Under the pieces are notes generated by a model that searched no databases, was not told where the DNA came from, and was given only the letters and a program-made list of their open reading frames with translations. The position numbers and the translations under genes are program-made. This document shows, in pieces, positions 37,546 to 47,187 of a stretch of 64,000 bases of DNA (the stretch's first letter is position 1; every line of letters begins with the position of its first letter). Origin of the DNA: an uncultured Trueperaceae bacterium (lineage in GTDB: Bacteria > Deinococcota > Deinococci > Deinococcales > Trueperaceae); NCBI GenBank assembly GCA_963799485.1, contig CAWCXJ010000005.1, forward strand, positions 128,001 through 192,000, written 5' to 3'.

Positions 37546-40350
37546 ATGACCCCCGCCGCGTTTATCGCCAAGTGGGCGCAGGTGACGACCACGGAACGCG
37601 CCGCCGCGCAAAGCCACTTTCTAGACCTCTGTGAACTCTTAAACGTCGAAAAGCCGCTCGACGCCGACCCCACCGGCGCGTTTTACGCCTTCGAGCGCCG
37701 CGTAAACAAGATACTCGGTGGTAAAGGCTTCGCCGACGTGTGGAAACGCGGGCACTTCGCCTGGGAGTACAAACGCAAAAACCGCGACCTGCAAGCGGCC
37801 TATACCCAACTCCTGCTGTACCGCGAAGACCTCGAGAACCCGCCGCTGCTCATCGTCTGCGACCTCCACCGTTTTGAAATCCACACCAACTTTACCGGCA
37901 CGCCCAAACGCATCTACGCCTTTACGCTGTCCGAGCTGAACCAGCCCGAAACGCTAGATTTGCTCCGCGCCGCTTTTACCGACCCCAACGCCTTAAACCC
38001 CAAACGCTACCGCGAACGGGTCACCCAGGAAGCCAGTCGGCAGATCGGGGCGCTGTCGCTCCGGCTTCATACCAGAGGCCACGAACCGCAAACCGTCGCC
38101 CACTTTATGATGCAGCTCGTATTTGCGCTTTTCGCCGAAGACGTGCGGCTCTTGCCCGACAAACTCGTCACCCGGATTCTGGAAAAGACGTATACGCAAC
38201 CAGGGCGCGCCCAACGGTTTTTAAGCGACCTTTTTACGGCGATGGCGCACGGCGGGGACGTGGGCCTCGACGAAGTGCCGCATTTCAACGGCGGCTTGTT
38301 CGATAATCGGGGCGCACTGCCCCTGGAGCAGACCGAACTCAAAATCTTGTTGGACGCCGCCAAGCTCGATTGGGCCGAGGTCGAACCGGTGATTTTCGGC
38401 ACGCTCTTTGAACGCTCGCTAGACCCCGGCAAACGCAGTCAGTTGGGCGCGCACTACACCTCCCGCGAGGACATCTTGCGAATCGTGCAACCCGTCGTCA
38501 TCGACCCGTTACGCGCCGAGTGGAGCGCCGTTCGTAGAGAAGTCGAAACGTATCTGGAAGACAACCCGCTCCCCGACGAACGCACCCTCGACCGGAAACG
38601 TTTGGCGGCCTTTAACGCCGTAAAACGCAAACGCGACGAACGCACGCTCCGGCCCATCAGCAGCTTTCTGGAGCGTTTACGGCACCTCAAGGTGCTCGAC
38701 CCGGCGTGCGGCAGCGGCAACTTTCTCTACGTCGCCTTTCAGCAGCTTAAAGAACTCGAGCGCGACGTGCTCACCTTCGCCGGCAGCATCGGTTTGCCCC
38801 TAGCGCCGTTTGTCAGCCCCCGGCAGTTTTACGGCCTGGAGGTCAACGTTTTCGCCCATGAACTCGCCAGCATCGTGGTGTGGATTGGCTATTTGCAGTG
38901 GAACTTTCTCAACCACACCTCGGACACGCAGCGGCCTATTTTGGAGCGGCTGGGCAACATCAAGCTGCAAGACGCCCTGTTGGACGGGGATAAAGAGACC
39001 GCGTGGCCTGAGGCGGATTTTATCGTCGGCAATCCGCCGTTTTTGGGGAATTACAAGATGCGGCAAGAATTGGGCGACTCGTATGTGCAAAAGCTTTACG
39101 ACCTGTTTAGAGGGCGTGTGCCGAACGGTGCCGACTTTGTGTGTTACTGGTTTGAAAAGGCGAGGGCGCAAATTGCAGAGGGCAAAACGGCGCGTGCCGG
39201 ACTCATTACGACCAATAGCGTCAGACAGCCGAAAAACAACCCGGTGCTAAACCGCATCAAAGCGACCGGCGAGCTTTTTACGGCGTGGTCGGATGAACCG
39301 TGGGTGCTGGAAGGGGCGGCGGTGCGGGTAAGCATGGTGGCGTTTGACGACGGCAGCCAAGAGGTAAAACGCCTTAACGGCGAGCTGGTCACAACAATCA
39401 ACGCAGATTTGACAGGCGGCGCAGACATCAGCAGTGCTAAATTCTTGGCGGAAAACCTCAACAAATGTTTTAAGGGTGTCGAGCCTGCGGGTGCGTTTGA
39501 CATAACCGCAGAAACAGCTCAGGTCTGGGTTACACAACTCAACCCCAACGGCAAAAGCAATTTAGAAGTACTAAAGCGTTACGTCGGCGCAAAAGATATC
39601 GTGCAAAAAGACTCGGAGCGGTGGCTAATCGACTTTCGGCAGATGAGCCAAGCCGAAGCTGAAGATTATCTGGTTCCCTTTGCTCATGTGATAGAAAACG
39701 TAAAGCCTGAACGCGGAAATAATCGTGAGCCGGTAAGACGTGATTTTTGGTGGCGACATGGGCGCTCGAGGCCAGAGCTGCGGGCAGCTCTTGAAGCTTT
39801 AGAACGCTATATAGCAACGCCGAGAGTTTCCAAGCACCGCGTTTACGTTTGGTTGACGAAAAACGATCTGCCCTCGGGGGCCCTGTCAGTTATCGCTACC
39901 GACAAAGATTTCTTTTACGGCGTTTTGAACAGCTCTATTCACGTTTTATGGTCGAACGCTCGAGGGAGTTCTTTAGAAGATAGACCGCAATATACGAACG
40001 AAGTCTTTGAAACCTTCCCCTTCCCCCGCCCTGCCGTAAAAGAGCACGCCGACACCGAAAAATGGGCGAAATATCTCGATACGGTGCGGTCTCGGCTTTT
40101 AGCAGCCGACGAAAAAAGAACCATGACGAAGCTCTACAACGACCTCACGGTTTTACGGGAGACGCGGGACAGCTCGAGCCCGGTTTACGCGCTGCTCGTT
40201 GCCCACGACAAACTCGACGCGGCGGTGGCGGCGGCTTACGGCTGGGACTGGCCCCTGCCTGACGAGACGATTTTGGAGCGGCTGCTGGCGCTGAACCTGG
40301 CGCGCGCGGCAGAAGAAAACGCCCAGCCGCTTACGGTGGGCACTCGTTAA
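37546..40350 (+). CDS. MmeI-like (Type IIL/IIG) fused restriction endonuclease-adenine methyltransferase
   Basis: N-terminal E...ADVW...AWEYK nuclease-like motif, FNGGLF, GAHYT, LDPACGSGNFL, IVGNPPFLG, C-terminal target recognition region ending LD.AV..AYGW...ILERLL.LN. Confidence 0.9.
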   Translation: MTPAAFIAKWAQVTTTERAAAQSHFLDLCELLNVEKPLDADPTGAFYAFERRVNKILGGKGFADVWKRGHFAWEYKRKNRDLQAAYTQLLLYREDLENPPLLIVCDLHRFEIHTNFTGTPKRIYAFTLSELNQPETLDLLRAAFTDPNALNPKRYRERVTQEASRQIGALSLRLHTRGHEPQTVAHFMMQLVFALFAEDVRLLPDKLVTRILEKTYTQPGRAQRFLSDLFTAMAHGGDVGLDEVPHFNGGLFDNRGALPLEQTELKILLDAAKLDWAEVEPVIFGTLFERSLDPGKRSQLGAHYTSREDILRIVQPVVIDPLRAEWSAVRREVETYLEDNPLPDERTLDRKRLAAFNAVKRKRDERTLRPISSFLERLRHLKVLDPACGSGNFLYVAFQQLKELERDVLTFAGSIGLPLAPFVSPRQFYGLEVNVFAHELASIVVWIGYLQWNFLNHTSDTQRPILERLGNIKLQDALLDGDKETAWPEADFIVGNPPFLGNYKMRQELGDSYVQKLYDLFRGRVPNGADFVCYWFEKARAQIAEGKTARAGLITTNSVRQPKNNPVLNRIKATGELFTAWSDEPWVLEGAAVRVSMVAFDDGSQEVKRLNGELVTTINADLTGGADISSAKFLAENLNKCFKGVEPAGAFDITAETAQVWVTQLNPNGKSNLEVLKRYVGAKDIVQKDSERWLIDFRQMSQAEAEDYLVPFAHVIENVKPERGNNREPVRRDFWWRHGRSRPELRAALEALERYIATPRVSKHRVYVWLTKNDLPSGALSVIATDKDFFYGVLNSSIHVLWSNARGSSLEDRPQYTNEVFETFPFPRPAVKEHADTEKWAKYLDTVRSRLLAADEKRTMTKLYNDLTVLRETRDSSSPVYALLVAHDKLDAAVAAAYGWDWPLPDETILERLLALNLARAAEENAQPLTVGTR

Positions 40351-40719
40351 ATGAACTTTGGGCGGCGTGTCGGGGCAAGCTCAGCCATAAAAAATCCTGC
40401 CAGGGTGTTCTGGCAGGTCACAGGTTGTCACCGCACCGTCGTTGCCCCCGGCGGCTTTTATAACATATCATATCCGTGACAGCCTAGTGACGCCAAGCAC
40501 CATTTTGGGATACAAAAAGCAGGTCTGGGTCATCACCATCGGGGGCAGACCGTTGGCACAGCGACAACCCAAACCTACCAGCTCTGAACGGGCACCTAGA
40601 AGGACTAACTGAAGGCGCGTCCGCAGAGCTTATAACACCCTAAGTATATCTTTGGGTGTAGACAAAGGTACCAGCCTACAGTCTTCAAGGTTGCAGCCAG
40701 TTGCGGCAATCCTCGCCGG

Positions 40720-41496
40720 TCAGGGCAGCGCCAGCACGCGCACGTCGATTCCCGAACCTTCCAGGGCGTCGGCGACGATTTGCGGGTCGGCTTCGCCCTG
40801 ATGGTAGGGCACCACGACGCTCGGCGAGATGACCTTGATACAGCCCACGGCTTCCTCGGGCGGCATCGTGTACGGCAGGTTGATAGGCACGAACGCCAGG
40901 TCAACCTTGCCCAAACCTCCCATTTCCGGGATGCACTCGGTATCCCCGGCGATGTAAACGGTAAAATCGCCGAAGGTTGCCAGGTAGCCGTTGTACTGAC
41001 CTTCGGGGTGAAACCTGCTGCCGGGTTCCGGGCCGCGAACCAAGTTGTACGCAGGAACGGCCCGCACAGTGACGCCGTCGGCGGTCGTCTCGTCGCCGTT
41101 TTGCAGCACCGTGACCTGCTCACCGCCGCCGAACTTTTCTGCCGAAGCCTCGTCCATGAGGTAGCGGGTGGCGTCGGTGCTGAGGGCCTCGAGCGCTGCC
41201 GGGTCGAAGTGGTCGGGGTGGTCGTGGGTAAGCCACACCCAGTCGGCGTCCGGTTGAGCGCTGTAGTCGGCGACCTCGCTGTACGGATCGACGTGGATGA
41301 CCGTACCGTTGTACTCGAGGCGCAGCGAACCGTGACCCACGGGCGTCACCGTAAGCGGGCCACCCGAAGTCTCGAAGCTCAAGGTTTCTTGGCCCGGTTC
41401 TTGGCCTGTGTCTTGACTTGCGTCTTGTGCGAAGGCCGACGTACCCAGCGACGTGAGCGCCGCCGTAAAAACCAGAGCTGGCAGGGACAAGGTCAT
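40720..41496 (-). CDS. Exported metallo-beta-lactamase-fold hydrolase
   Basis: Signal peptide, VDP, THDHPDH, YIAGDT, PYH; AGGAGG RBS. Confidence 0.88.
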   Translation of the reverse strand: MTLSLPALVFTAALTSLGTSAFAQDASQDTGQEPGQETLSFETSGGPLTVTPVGHGSLRLEYNGTVIHVDPYSEVADYSAQPDADWVWLTHDHPDHFDPAALEALSTDATRYLMDEASAEKFGGGEQVTVLQNGDETTADGVTVRAVPAYNLVRGPEPGSRFHPEGQYNGYLATFGDFTVYIAGDTECIPEMGGLGKVDLAFVPINLPYTMPPEEAVGCIKVISPSVVVPYHQGEADPQIVADALEGSGIDVRVLALP

Positions 41497-42024
41497 ATTT
41501 TTCCTCCTGAGCTGTTTGTAACATCTTTTTTGCATAATCTTTGTAGACGGACCGGCAAACCGCCGGGTACGGTACTTTAAGCAAACCGTAAGACGTCGCA
41601 AAATTCTTTATCAAACCAGCTTATTTTGGATCATGCGACCCCATGTTCTTCTCGTATTTGCGCTCCTCACGTCTGCTGCCCAGCGTTCCCCGCAGGTCAG
41701 GGCCTGAAGCCCGGTCAACCCACGTGCGGACGAAATCCGGCGAACGGCGTGTACGGTCGAGCCCGGAGACGACGGGCCGCAGTCACCCCGCACCCCTTCC
41801 GACGCGCCTTTGCTGCTCCAAGTGCGCTACGATTTTAGTTGCTGCGTACCCAAAGCAACCCGTTTGCTGAACGTTGCACTGTTTATCTCAGGTGATTTTT
41901 CCGCTGGCTGGTGGCGGGCTCGAGCCCGCTCTACCAATTTCGGAACCATTCCGATATGCGTCTGGAACAGCTTTTCTTTCATTTCCTACCTTGACACTCA
42001 GAATTAAATCTGACATGATAACGC

Positions 42025-42051
42025 TAATCCCAAGTAGATTTGTCGGGATTA
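42025..42051. promoter_or_regulatory. Candidate palindromic operator upstream of the iron-uptake operon
   Basis: TAATCCC-AAGTAGATTTGTC-GGGATTA; 18/27 identical to the site at 46054-46080. Confidence 0.6.
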
Positions 42052-42111
42052 AAGCTCGAGCCGCCGTAGCTATCTTTTCATTTGGGATGTGCTCACCGAA
42101 AAGGAGACGCC

Positions 42112-42354
42112 GTGTTTTCAGCCAAAGCGTATACGCTCAGTTTCAGCGTTTTACTCGTGAGTCTGTTCGGTCTGGCCTTTTTAACCCCGGCAGGAGCGCT
42201 TTTCGCCTACGTTCTGGCCTTTATGAATGCGGCGGTCACGCTTTGGGTTGTGTCGGGGCTCGAGCGACTTTACCAATTCGTAGCCGTAAATGCGGCAAAG
42301 CGGCGCACGCCGACAAACCGAACAAACGGTTCAAATCGGTACGTCTACGACTGA
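42112..42354 (+). CDS. Small two-TM membrane protein (hypothetical)
   Basis: AAGGAG RBS before GTG 42112; two hydrophobic segments; stop overlaps the nitroreductase RBS. Confidence 0.55.
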   Translation: MFSAKAYTLSFSVLLVSLFGLAFLTPAGALFAYVLAFMNAAVTLWVVSGLERLYQFVAVNAAKRRTPTNRTNGSNRYVYD

Positions 42355-42363
42355 GGAGTTATC

Positions 42364-42960
42364 ATGTCTGCTGCTTTAAGCACCCCGTCTACACTTCATC
42401 CCAACCCTACGGTCGAGCTTTTACTCAAACGCCGTTCGCTCGTCGTTGCCAGCCAGAGCGAACCGGGGCCGAGCGCGGAAGACCTCGAGACCATCCTCCG
42501 CTGCGCCGTCCGCGTCCCCGACCACGGCAAACTGACGCCGTGGCGGATTCAGGTCGCCCGCAAAGAGGCCCAGGCGAGATTGGGGGTGGTCTTTGCCGAC
42601 ATCTACGCCAAAAAGAACCCCGACGCCGGTAAAGAGCGCTTGGAGCTCGAGCGTCAGCGTCCGCAACGTGCGCCGCTGCTGCTTATCGTCAGCACCAAAA
42701 TCGATTCCCAGCCCATCCCGCGCCCTGAACAGCTTTTGTCCGGCGGCGCAGTCTGTCAAAATATCCTCATCGCCGCGACTGCGCTGGGTTACGCCTCGCA
42801 GTGGCTTTCGGAATGGGTGAATTACGACCCGGACGTTAAAGCGCATTTGGGTATTTCTCCAACCGATGAGATTTTGGGGTTTATGTATCTCGGCAGCGCG
42901 AGCGAAAAGCCGAAAGAGCGCCCCAGACCCGAATTAGAAGAGATTGTCAGCTACCTGTGA
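42364..42960 (+). CDS. Nitroreductase family protein (YdjA-like)
   Basis: [33 protein letters not shown]. Confidence 0.92.
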   Translation: MSAALSTPSTLHPNPTVELLLKRRSLVVASQSEPGPSAEDLETILRCAVRVPDHGKLTPWRIQVARKEAQARLGVVFADIYAKKNPDAGKERLELERQRPQRAPLLLIVSTKIDSQPIPRPEQLLSGGAVCQNILIAATALGYASQWLSEWVNYDPDVKAHLGISPTDEILGFMYLGSASEKPKERPRPELEEIVSYL

Positions 42961-42985
42961 AGTTCACTTCCCCGGAGGAAACCTC

Positions 42986-43987
42986 GTGAAAAAGCTGATT
43001 ATTTTACTCGGTCTAATTATGCTTGGTTTTAGCTACGCACAGGAATGTGAGGAAGGTTTCCGGTTCTTCGACCATGAACTTTTGGCGACCGAACCCCTTT
43101 GCATCCCCGAAAATCCCGAACGTATTCTCGCTCTCGACATGGCGTCGGTGGAAATGACGCTGCTGACAGGAAAAAATCTGGTGGGCACGGCGAACTGGAT
43201 TCTGAGCGAACTGCCCCTCTTGGAGACCCGCTTCGCCGACGCCCTCGAGAGTGCTGAGGACGTGGGCTATCCTGCGAACCTGGAGCAAACACTTTTACTC
43301 GCGCCCGATCTCATCTTGGCGGTCGGCACCAGCGTTGCGGGGGACACCATCGACGCCTCCGCGGCAGGCGAGATTGCGCCTGTGGTGCTCGCTGACCCCG
43401 CCGTGTTCGACGACTGGCAGCTCGGCATGTCGTTCTGGGCAGAGGTGTTAGGGACACAAGACCTCTACACCGAGATGTTGACGAACTACGAAACCCGCGT
43501 GGGCGAACTTAGGAGCGAACTGGGCAATGCGAGCGAAACGACCATCTCGCTCGTGCCCATCGCCGGAGGCAGCGTCTATATGTGGATGCCCGACACCGCG
43601 CCCGGCAGCATCCTAGAGGACGTGGGCTTCGCCCGCCCGGAGCCGCAAAGCTTGGAGGCTGAAGCCGCCCAGGAGCGCTACGGTGCAGCGCAGTACATCC
43701 AGGTTTCCGAGGAGCGCTATGACCTCTTGGACGCAGACGTTATCTTCTACTTCACCTACGCCGCCTCCGACCCCGGAACCGCCGGAAAAGAGGCGGGCAA
43801 CGTGAGGGCGCTGGAGCAAAACCCCCTCTGGCAGTCTTTGAGCGCAGTGCAAAACGACCGAGCCTATTTCGTGCCGGGCTACTGGTGGCGGGCGCAGACA
43901 TACCTACTTGCCAATAAAGTTCTTGACGATATGTTTATTAACCTGGCGGGCGCGGAGGCAGATACGCCTGTGCTCGAGCTGCCGTAA
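42986..43987 (+). CDS. Iron-siderophore ABC transporter substrate-binding protein
   Basis: Signal peptide, [41 protein letters not shown] with GTG start. Confidence 0.88.
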   Translation: MKKLIILLGLIMLGFSYAQECEEGFRFFDHELLATEPLCIPENPERILALDMASVEMTLLTGKNLVGTANWILSELPLLETRFADALESAEDVGYPANLEQTLLLAPDLILAVGTSVAGDTIDASAAGEIAPVVLADPAVFDDWQLGMSFWAEVLGTQDLYTEMLTNYETRVGELRSELGNASETTISLVPIAGGSVYMWMPDTAPGSILEDVGFARPEPQSLEAEAAQERYGAAQYIQVSEERYDLLDADVIFYFTYAASDPGTAGKEAGNVRALEQNPLWQSLSAVQNDRAYFVPGYWWRAQTYLLANKVLDDMFINLAGAEADTPVLELP

Positions 43988-44017
43988 AACCATTTGCTCA
44001 CATTGCAGAGGATACCT

Positions 44018-45037
44018 ATGACTATCAAACCGTTTCGCACCGAAAGAGCCGAGGGCTTGCTCGTCGTTTACAGCGGCAACCGGCCCGTAGACGCCGCCGC
44101 CTTTCAGACCTTTTTAGACCGCTGGGCCGAGCAACTCGGCAGGGGCGAGCGTTTCGGCGTCGTGCTGGTCTACGAAGCTTACGAATACGAACAAAAAGTA
44201 CGCGACGCCGCCGAAGAAGACCGCTTTACCCACGCGATGGGTGAGTTTCGCCGCCGTCACCGCGAAGCGGCAAACCGGCTCTGCACCGGGGTGTCGCGGG
44301 TGTTTCCCGCCGAGTGGCTCGCCGGGCTGGACGCAGGGAAGACGGCGCGGTACGAGGCGCAGACGAGCCGGTTTGCGGCGTACACTTTCGGCGTGCGAGG
44401 CAAAAACTTTACGAGCCTGGACGAGGCGAAAGGGTGGCTTACGTCCATCTCTGATGAAGCGCCGCTGGCTTTAGGTGAGGAAGAAAAAAGTGATACAAGC
44501 CGTACCGGGTTTTATTACGGCAGCACCACGGGTACCACCGAGTTTGTGGCGGAGAAAATGCGGGACGCGGCTCTACTGAGGGGACTCGAGCTAACCCCCG
44601 TAAACATCGGCACCTTAAGCGACCCTCGAGACTTCTTAAAGCACGACCGGCTGATTTTAGGTATCCCTACCTGGAACGTCGGGCAGCTTCAGGACGACTG
44701 GCTCAGGCTCTACCCGAAACTGGACACGCTCGACTTTTCAGGCAAACAAGTGGCCCTTTTCGGTGTGGGCGACCAAGTGGGCTACCCGGACAATTTTCTC
44801 GACGCGCTCGGCACGTTAGGTCAAAAATTGCACGAGCGCGGCGCAGAGCTTGTCGGTTCTTGGTCTACAGCAGGCTACGACTTCACCGCCTCCAAAGCGC
44901 AAGTCGGCGACCGGTTTATGGGTTTGGGTATCGACGACTACAACCAAGAAGACCTGACAGAAGACCGCGTCACACGTTGGTTGGGGCAAATTCAAAGAGA
45001 GTTCGGCGCGACCAGACGCCTTATGGAGTACGCATGA
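44018..45037 (+). CDS. Long-chain flavodoxin fused to an uncharacterised N-terminal domain
   Basis: C-terminal half: YGSTTGTTE, GIPTWNVGQLQDDW, LFGVGDQVGYPDNFLDA, GLGIDDYNQEDLT..R...W. About 150 extra N-terminal residues. Confidence 0.88.
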   Translation: MTIKPFRTERAEGLLVVYSGNRPVDAAAFQTFLDRWAEQLGRGERFGVVLVYEAYEYEQKVRDAAEEDRFTHAMGEFRRRHREAANRLCTGVSRVFPAEWLAGLDAGKTARYEAQTSRFAAYTFGVRGKNFTSLDEAKGWLTSISDEAPLALGEEEKSDTSRTGFYYGSTTGTTEFVAEKMRDAALLRGLELTPVNIGTLSDPRDFLKHDRLILGIPTWNVGQLQDDWLRLYPKLDTLDFSGKQVALFGVGDQVGYPDNFLDALGTLGQKLHERGAELVGSWSTAGYDFTASKAQVGDRFMGLGIDDYNQEDLTEDRVTRWLGQIQREFGATRRLMEYA

Positions 45038-45975
45038 AAAAAATCCTGCTGAGTTTCCTCGTCCTTTTCCTCGGTACTACCTTCGCCCAGGGCTTTCCCG
45101 TCACCATCCCCCACAAGTTCGGCGCGACCACCCTTCAAGAAAAACCCAAACGCATCGTCAGTTTGGGGTACACCGAACAAGACACGCTGTTCGCCCTGGG
45201 AGCCGAACCGGTCGCCGTCCGCTACTTTTTCGGTGACGCGCCGGGCGCGATTTTCCCCTGGGCGGCGGACGCGGCGGGCACTGCCCAACCGGAAGTCCTC
45301 AATATGCCTTACGGCACGCTCAACTACGAGGCGATTCTCGCCCTAAAGCCCGACCTCATCACGGCGGTCGGCGCGGGCATTACTGAGGCGGAATACGAAA
45401 CGCTTTCACAGATTGCGCCGACCCTCGCGCAGTCGGACGACTACATCGATTTCGGCACGCCGTGGCAGGAGCAGGTGCGGCGTATCGCCCTGGCTCTCGG
45501 GGAGACGGCTCGCGGCGAAGCACTCGTGCGTGGGCTCGAGGCCGAATTCGAGCAGGTTCGTCAGGCGTACCCCGAATTTGCCGGAAAAACCGTCGCCGTC
45601 GCCTACAACAGCGGGGGCACGTACGGCTTTTACACCGCACAGGACGCGAGGGCACGTTTTTTCGAAGACTTGGGCTTTGTCGTCCCGCAAAGCCTCGTAG
45701 ACCTAGCCGGTGAGAGCTTTTACGCCGATGTAAGCGAGGAGCGCCTCGACCTCCTGGATCAAGACCTGCTCGTTTTGCTCGACGTACCGTTTGCCGAAGC
45801 GGGCACACAGGGGCCTACAGACGACCCGCTCTTGTCGCAGCTCGGCGCGGTGCAAGCGGGGCGGGTGCTAAACGTCAGCGGTGACGAGGTAGACGCCCTG
45901 CAGTTCGGGACGGTGCTGAGTCTGGGCTACCTGCTGGAGAACCTCGTACCCGAAGTGGCGGCAGTCGTAGAGTAA
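45034..45975 (+). CDS. Iron-siderophore ABC transporter substrate-binding protein
   Basis: FPVTIPHKFG.T....PKRIVSLG, NYEAILALKPDLI, LSQIAPT; ATGA overlap with the flavodoxin gene. Confidence 0.9.
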   Translation: MKKILLSFLVLFLGTTFAQGFPVTIPHKFGATTLQEKPKRIVSLGYTEQDTLFALGAEPVAVRYFFGDAPGAIFPWAADAAGTAQPEVLNMPYGTLNYEAILALKPDLITAVGAGITEAEYETLSQIAPTLAQSDDYIDFGTPWQEQVRRIALALGETARGEALVRGLEAEFEQVRQAYPEFAGKTVAVAYNSGGTYGFYTAQDARARFFEDLGFVVPQSLVDLAGESFYADVSEERLDLLDQDLLVLLDVPFAEAGTQGPTDDPLLSQLGAVQAGRVLNVSGDEVDALQFGTVLSLGYLLENLVPEVAAVVE

Positions 45976-46053
45976 CTACACCGTAACTACGGTTGGTTCA
46001 GACGAAAGAAGCGACCGCTACAGCCTTTGACGCTCGCTCGAAGGGTGGTCGCT

Positions 46054-46080
46054 CAATTCCGAGTATAATGCTCTAGATTA
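46054..46080. promoter_or_regulatory. Second copy of the candidate operator, overlapping a TATAAT -10 box
   Basis: CAATTCCGAGTATAATGCTCTAGATTA; TATAAT at 46064-46069. Confidence 0.6.
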
Positions 46081-46098
46081 CAGGTACTCGAGGTTCTA

Positions 46099-47121
46099 AT
46101 GGCTTATTCTACCTCTCCCCGTGCGAAAACGCTGCAACGTTCCAAATGGTTGGGCTTGGCGCTCGGTTTGGGTTTGCTGCTCGCGTGTTTAGCGCTCAGC
46201 GTCACCTTAGGCGCAGCGGACATCTCGGTCGGGACGGTGTTCGCCGCGCTGTTTCGCGCCAACGGGTCGCTCGAGCATCTCGTCATCCGCACGGTGCGTT
46301 TGCCCAGGGTACTCGCGGGCGCGGTTGTCGGCGCAGCTTTGGCAGTTGCGGGCGCAATCATGCAGGGGCTGACCCGTAACCCGCTGGCGTCGCCGAGTAT
46401 TTTAGGCGTCAACGCGGGGGCGTCGTTCGCCGTCGTTTTAGCGGTGTTGATTCTGGGGAGCCCGCCGTTCTCGCTTTACGCTTTGTTCGCCTTTATCGGC
46501 GCGGCGGTAGCCGCTGCGTTCGTCTACGCGCTCGGTTCGGTCGGGCGCAGCGGCGCGACACCCCTCAAACTGACGCTGGCGGGCGCGGTTTTTACGGCGT
46601 TTGTGAGTTCGTTTACCACTGCGATTCTGATTATGAGTCAGAGTACGCTCGAGCAGGTGCGTTTCTGGACGGCGGGCTCGTTGGCGGGTCGTGAGCTGCC
46701 GCTGCTGCTCGGGACAGCACCTTATATTTTGGTCGGGCTCGTCGGCGCGATGTTTTTAGGACGGCAGCTCACCGCGCTCAGCCTGGGCGACGACGTAGCG
46801 ACAGGTTTGGGACAAAACACGGGCTGGCTCAAAGCGCTCGCAGCGGTGCTGGTCGTACTTTTGGCGGGGGGTGCGGTGGCGCTCGCGGGGCCGGTCGGGT
46901 TTGTCGGTCTGATTGTACCGCACGTCGTGCGTTTTCTCGTCGGGGTCGATTACCGCTGGATACTGCCGTACTCGGCGCTTCTGGGCGGGGTGCTGGTGAC
47001 ACTCGCAGACATCGGAGCGAGACTCGTTATCCGGCCACAGGAGTTGCCGGTAGGTGTGATCATGGCGCTTATCGGCGCGCCTTTTTTTATCTATCTGGCG
47101 CGTACCAGGGTGCGGCGCTGA
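46099..47121 (+). CDS. FecCD-family iron-siderophore permease
   Basis: RLPR, MQGLTRNPLASPSILG, GPVGFVGLIVPH, ELPVG, GAPFF. Confidence 0.94.
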   Translation: MAYSTSPRAKTLQRSKWLGLALGLGLLLACLALSVTLGAADISVGTVFAALFRANGSLEHLVIRTVRLPRVLAGAVVGAALAVAGAIMQGLTRNPLASPSILGVNAGASFAVVLAVLILGSPPFSLYALFAFIGAAVAAAFVYALGSVGRSGATPLKLTLAGAVFTAFVSSFTTAILIMSQSTLEQVRFWTAGSLAGRELPLLLGTAPYILVGLVGAMFLGRQLTALSLGDDVATGLGQNTGWLKALAAVLVVLLAGGAVALAGPVGFVGLIVPHVVRFLVGVDYRWILPYSALLGGVLVTLADIGARLVIRPQELPVGVIMALIGAPFFIYLARTRVRR

Positions 47122-47187
47122 TGCTGCACGAATCTATCAAGGTGCGGCGCTGATGCTGCACGAATCTATCAAGGTGCGGCGCTGATG
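47109..47187 (+). repeat. Perfect 32-bp tandem repeat (about 2.5 copies) at the permease junction
   Basis: GGTGCGGCGCTGATGCTGCACGAATCTATCAA twice, then GGTGCGGCGCTGATG. Confidence 0.95.

Noticed and set aside
36378..37673. 431-aa ORF overlapping the R-M gene, and the 37411 start of the R-M gene
   Set aside because: The lipoprotein RBS and signal peptide begin at 37199 and the MmeI-like sequence begins at 37546; both extensions look spurious.
41700..41740. Hammerhead-like CTGAAG...CGAAA
   Set aside because: The CUGANGA core is incomplete and the required stems are not evident.
41874..42632. 252-aa ORF across the iron-operon promoter
   Set aside because: It crosses the candidate operator and overlaps two better-supported genes in other frames.
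47109..47187. CRISPR-like repeat-spacer appearance
   Set aside because: The intervening sequences are identical, so it is a tandem duplication; no cas genes are nearby.
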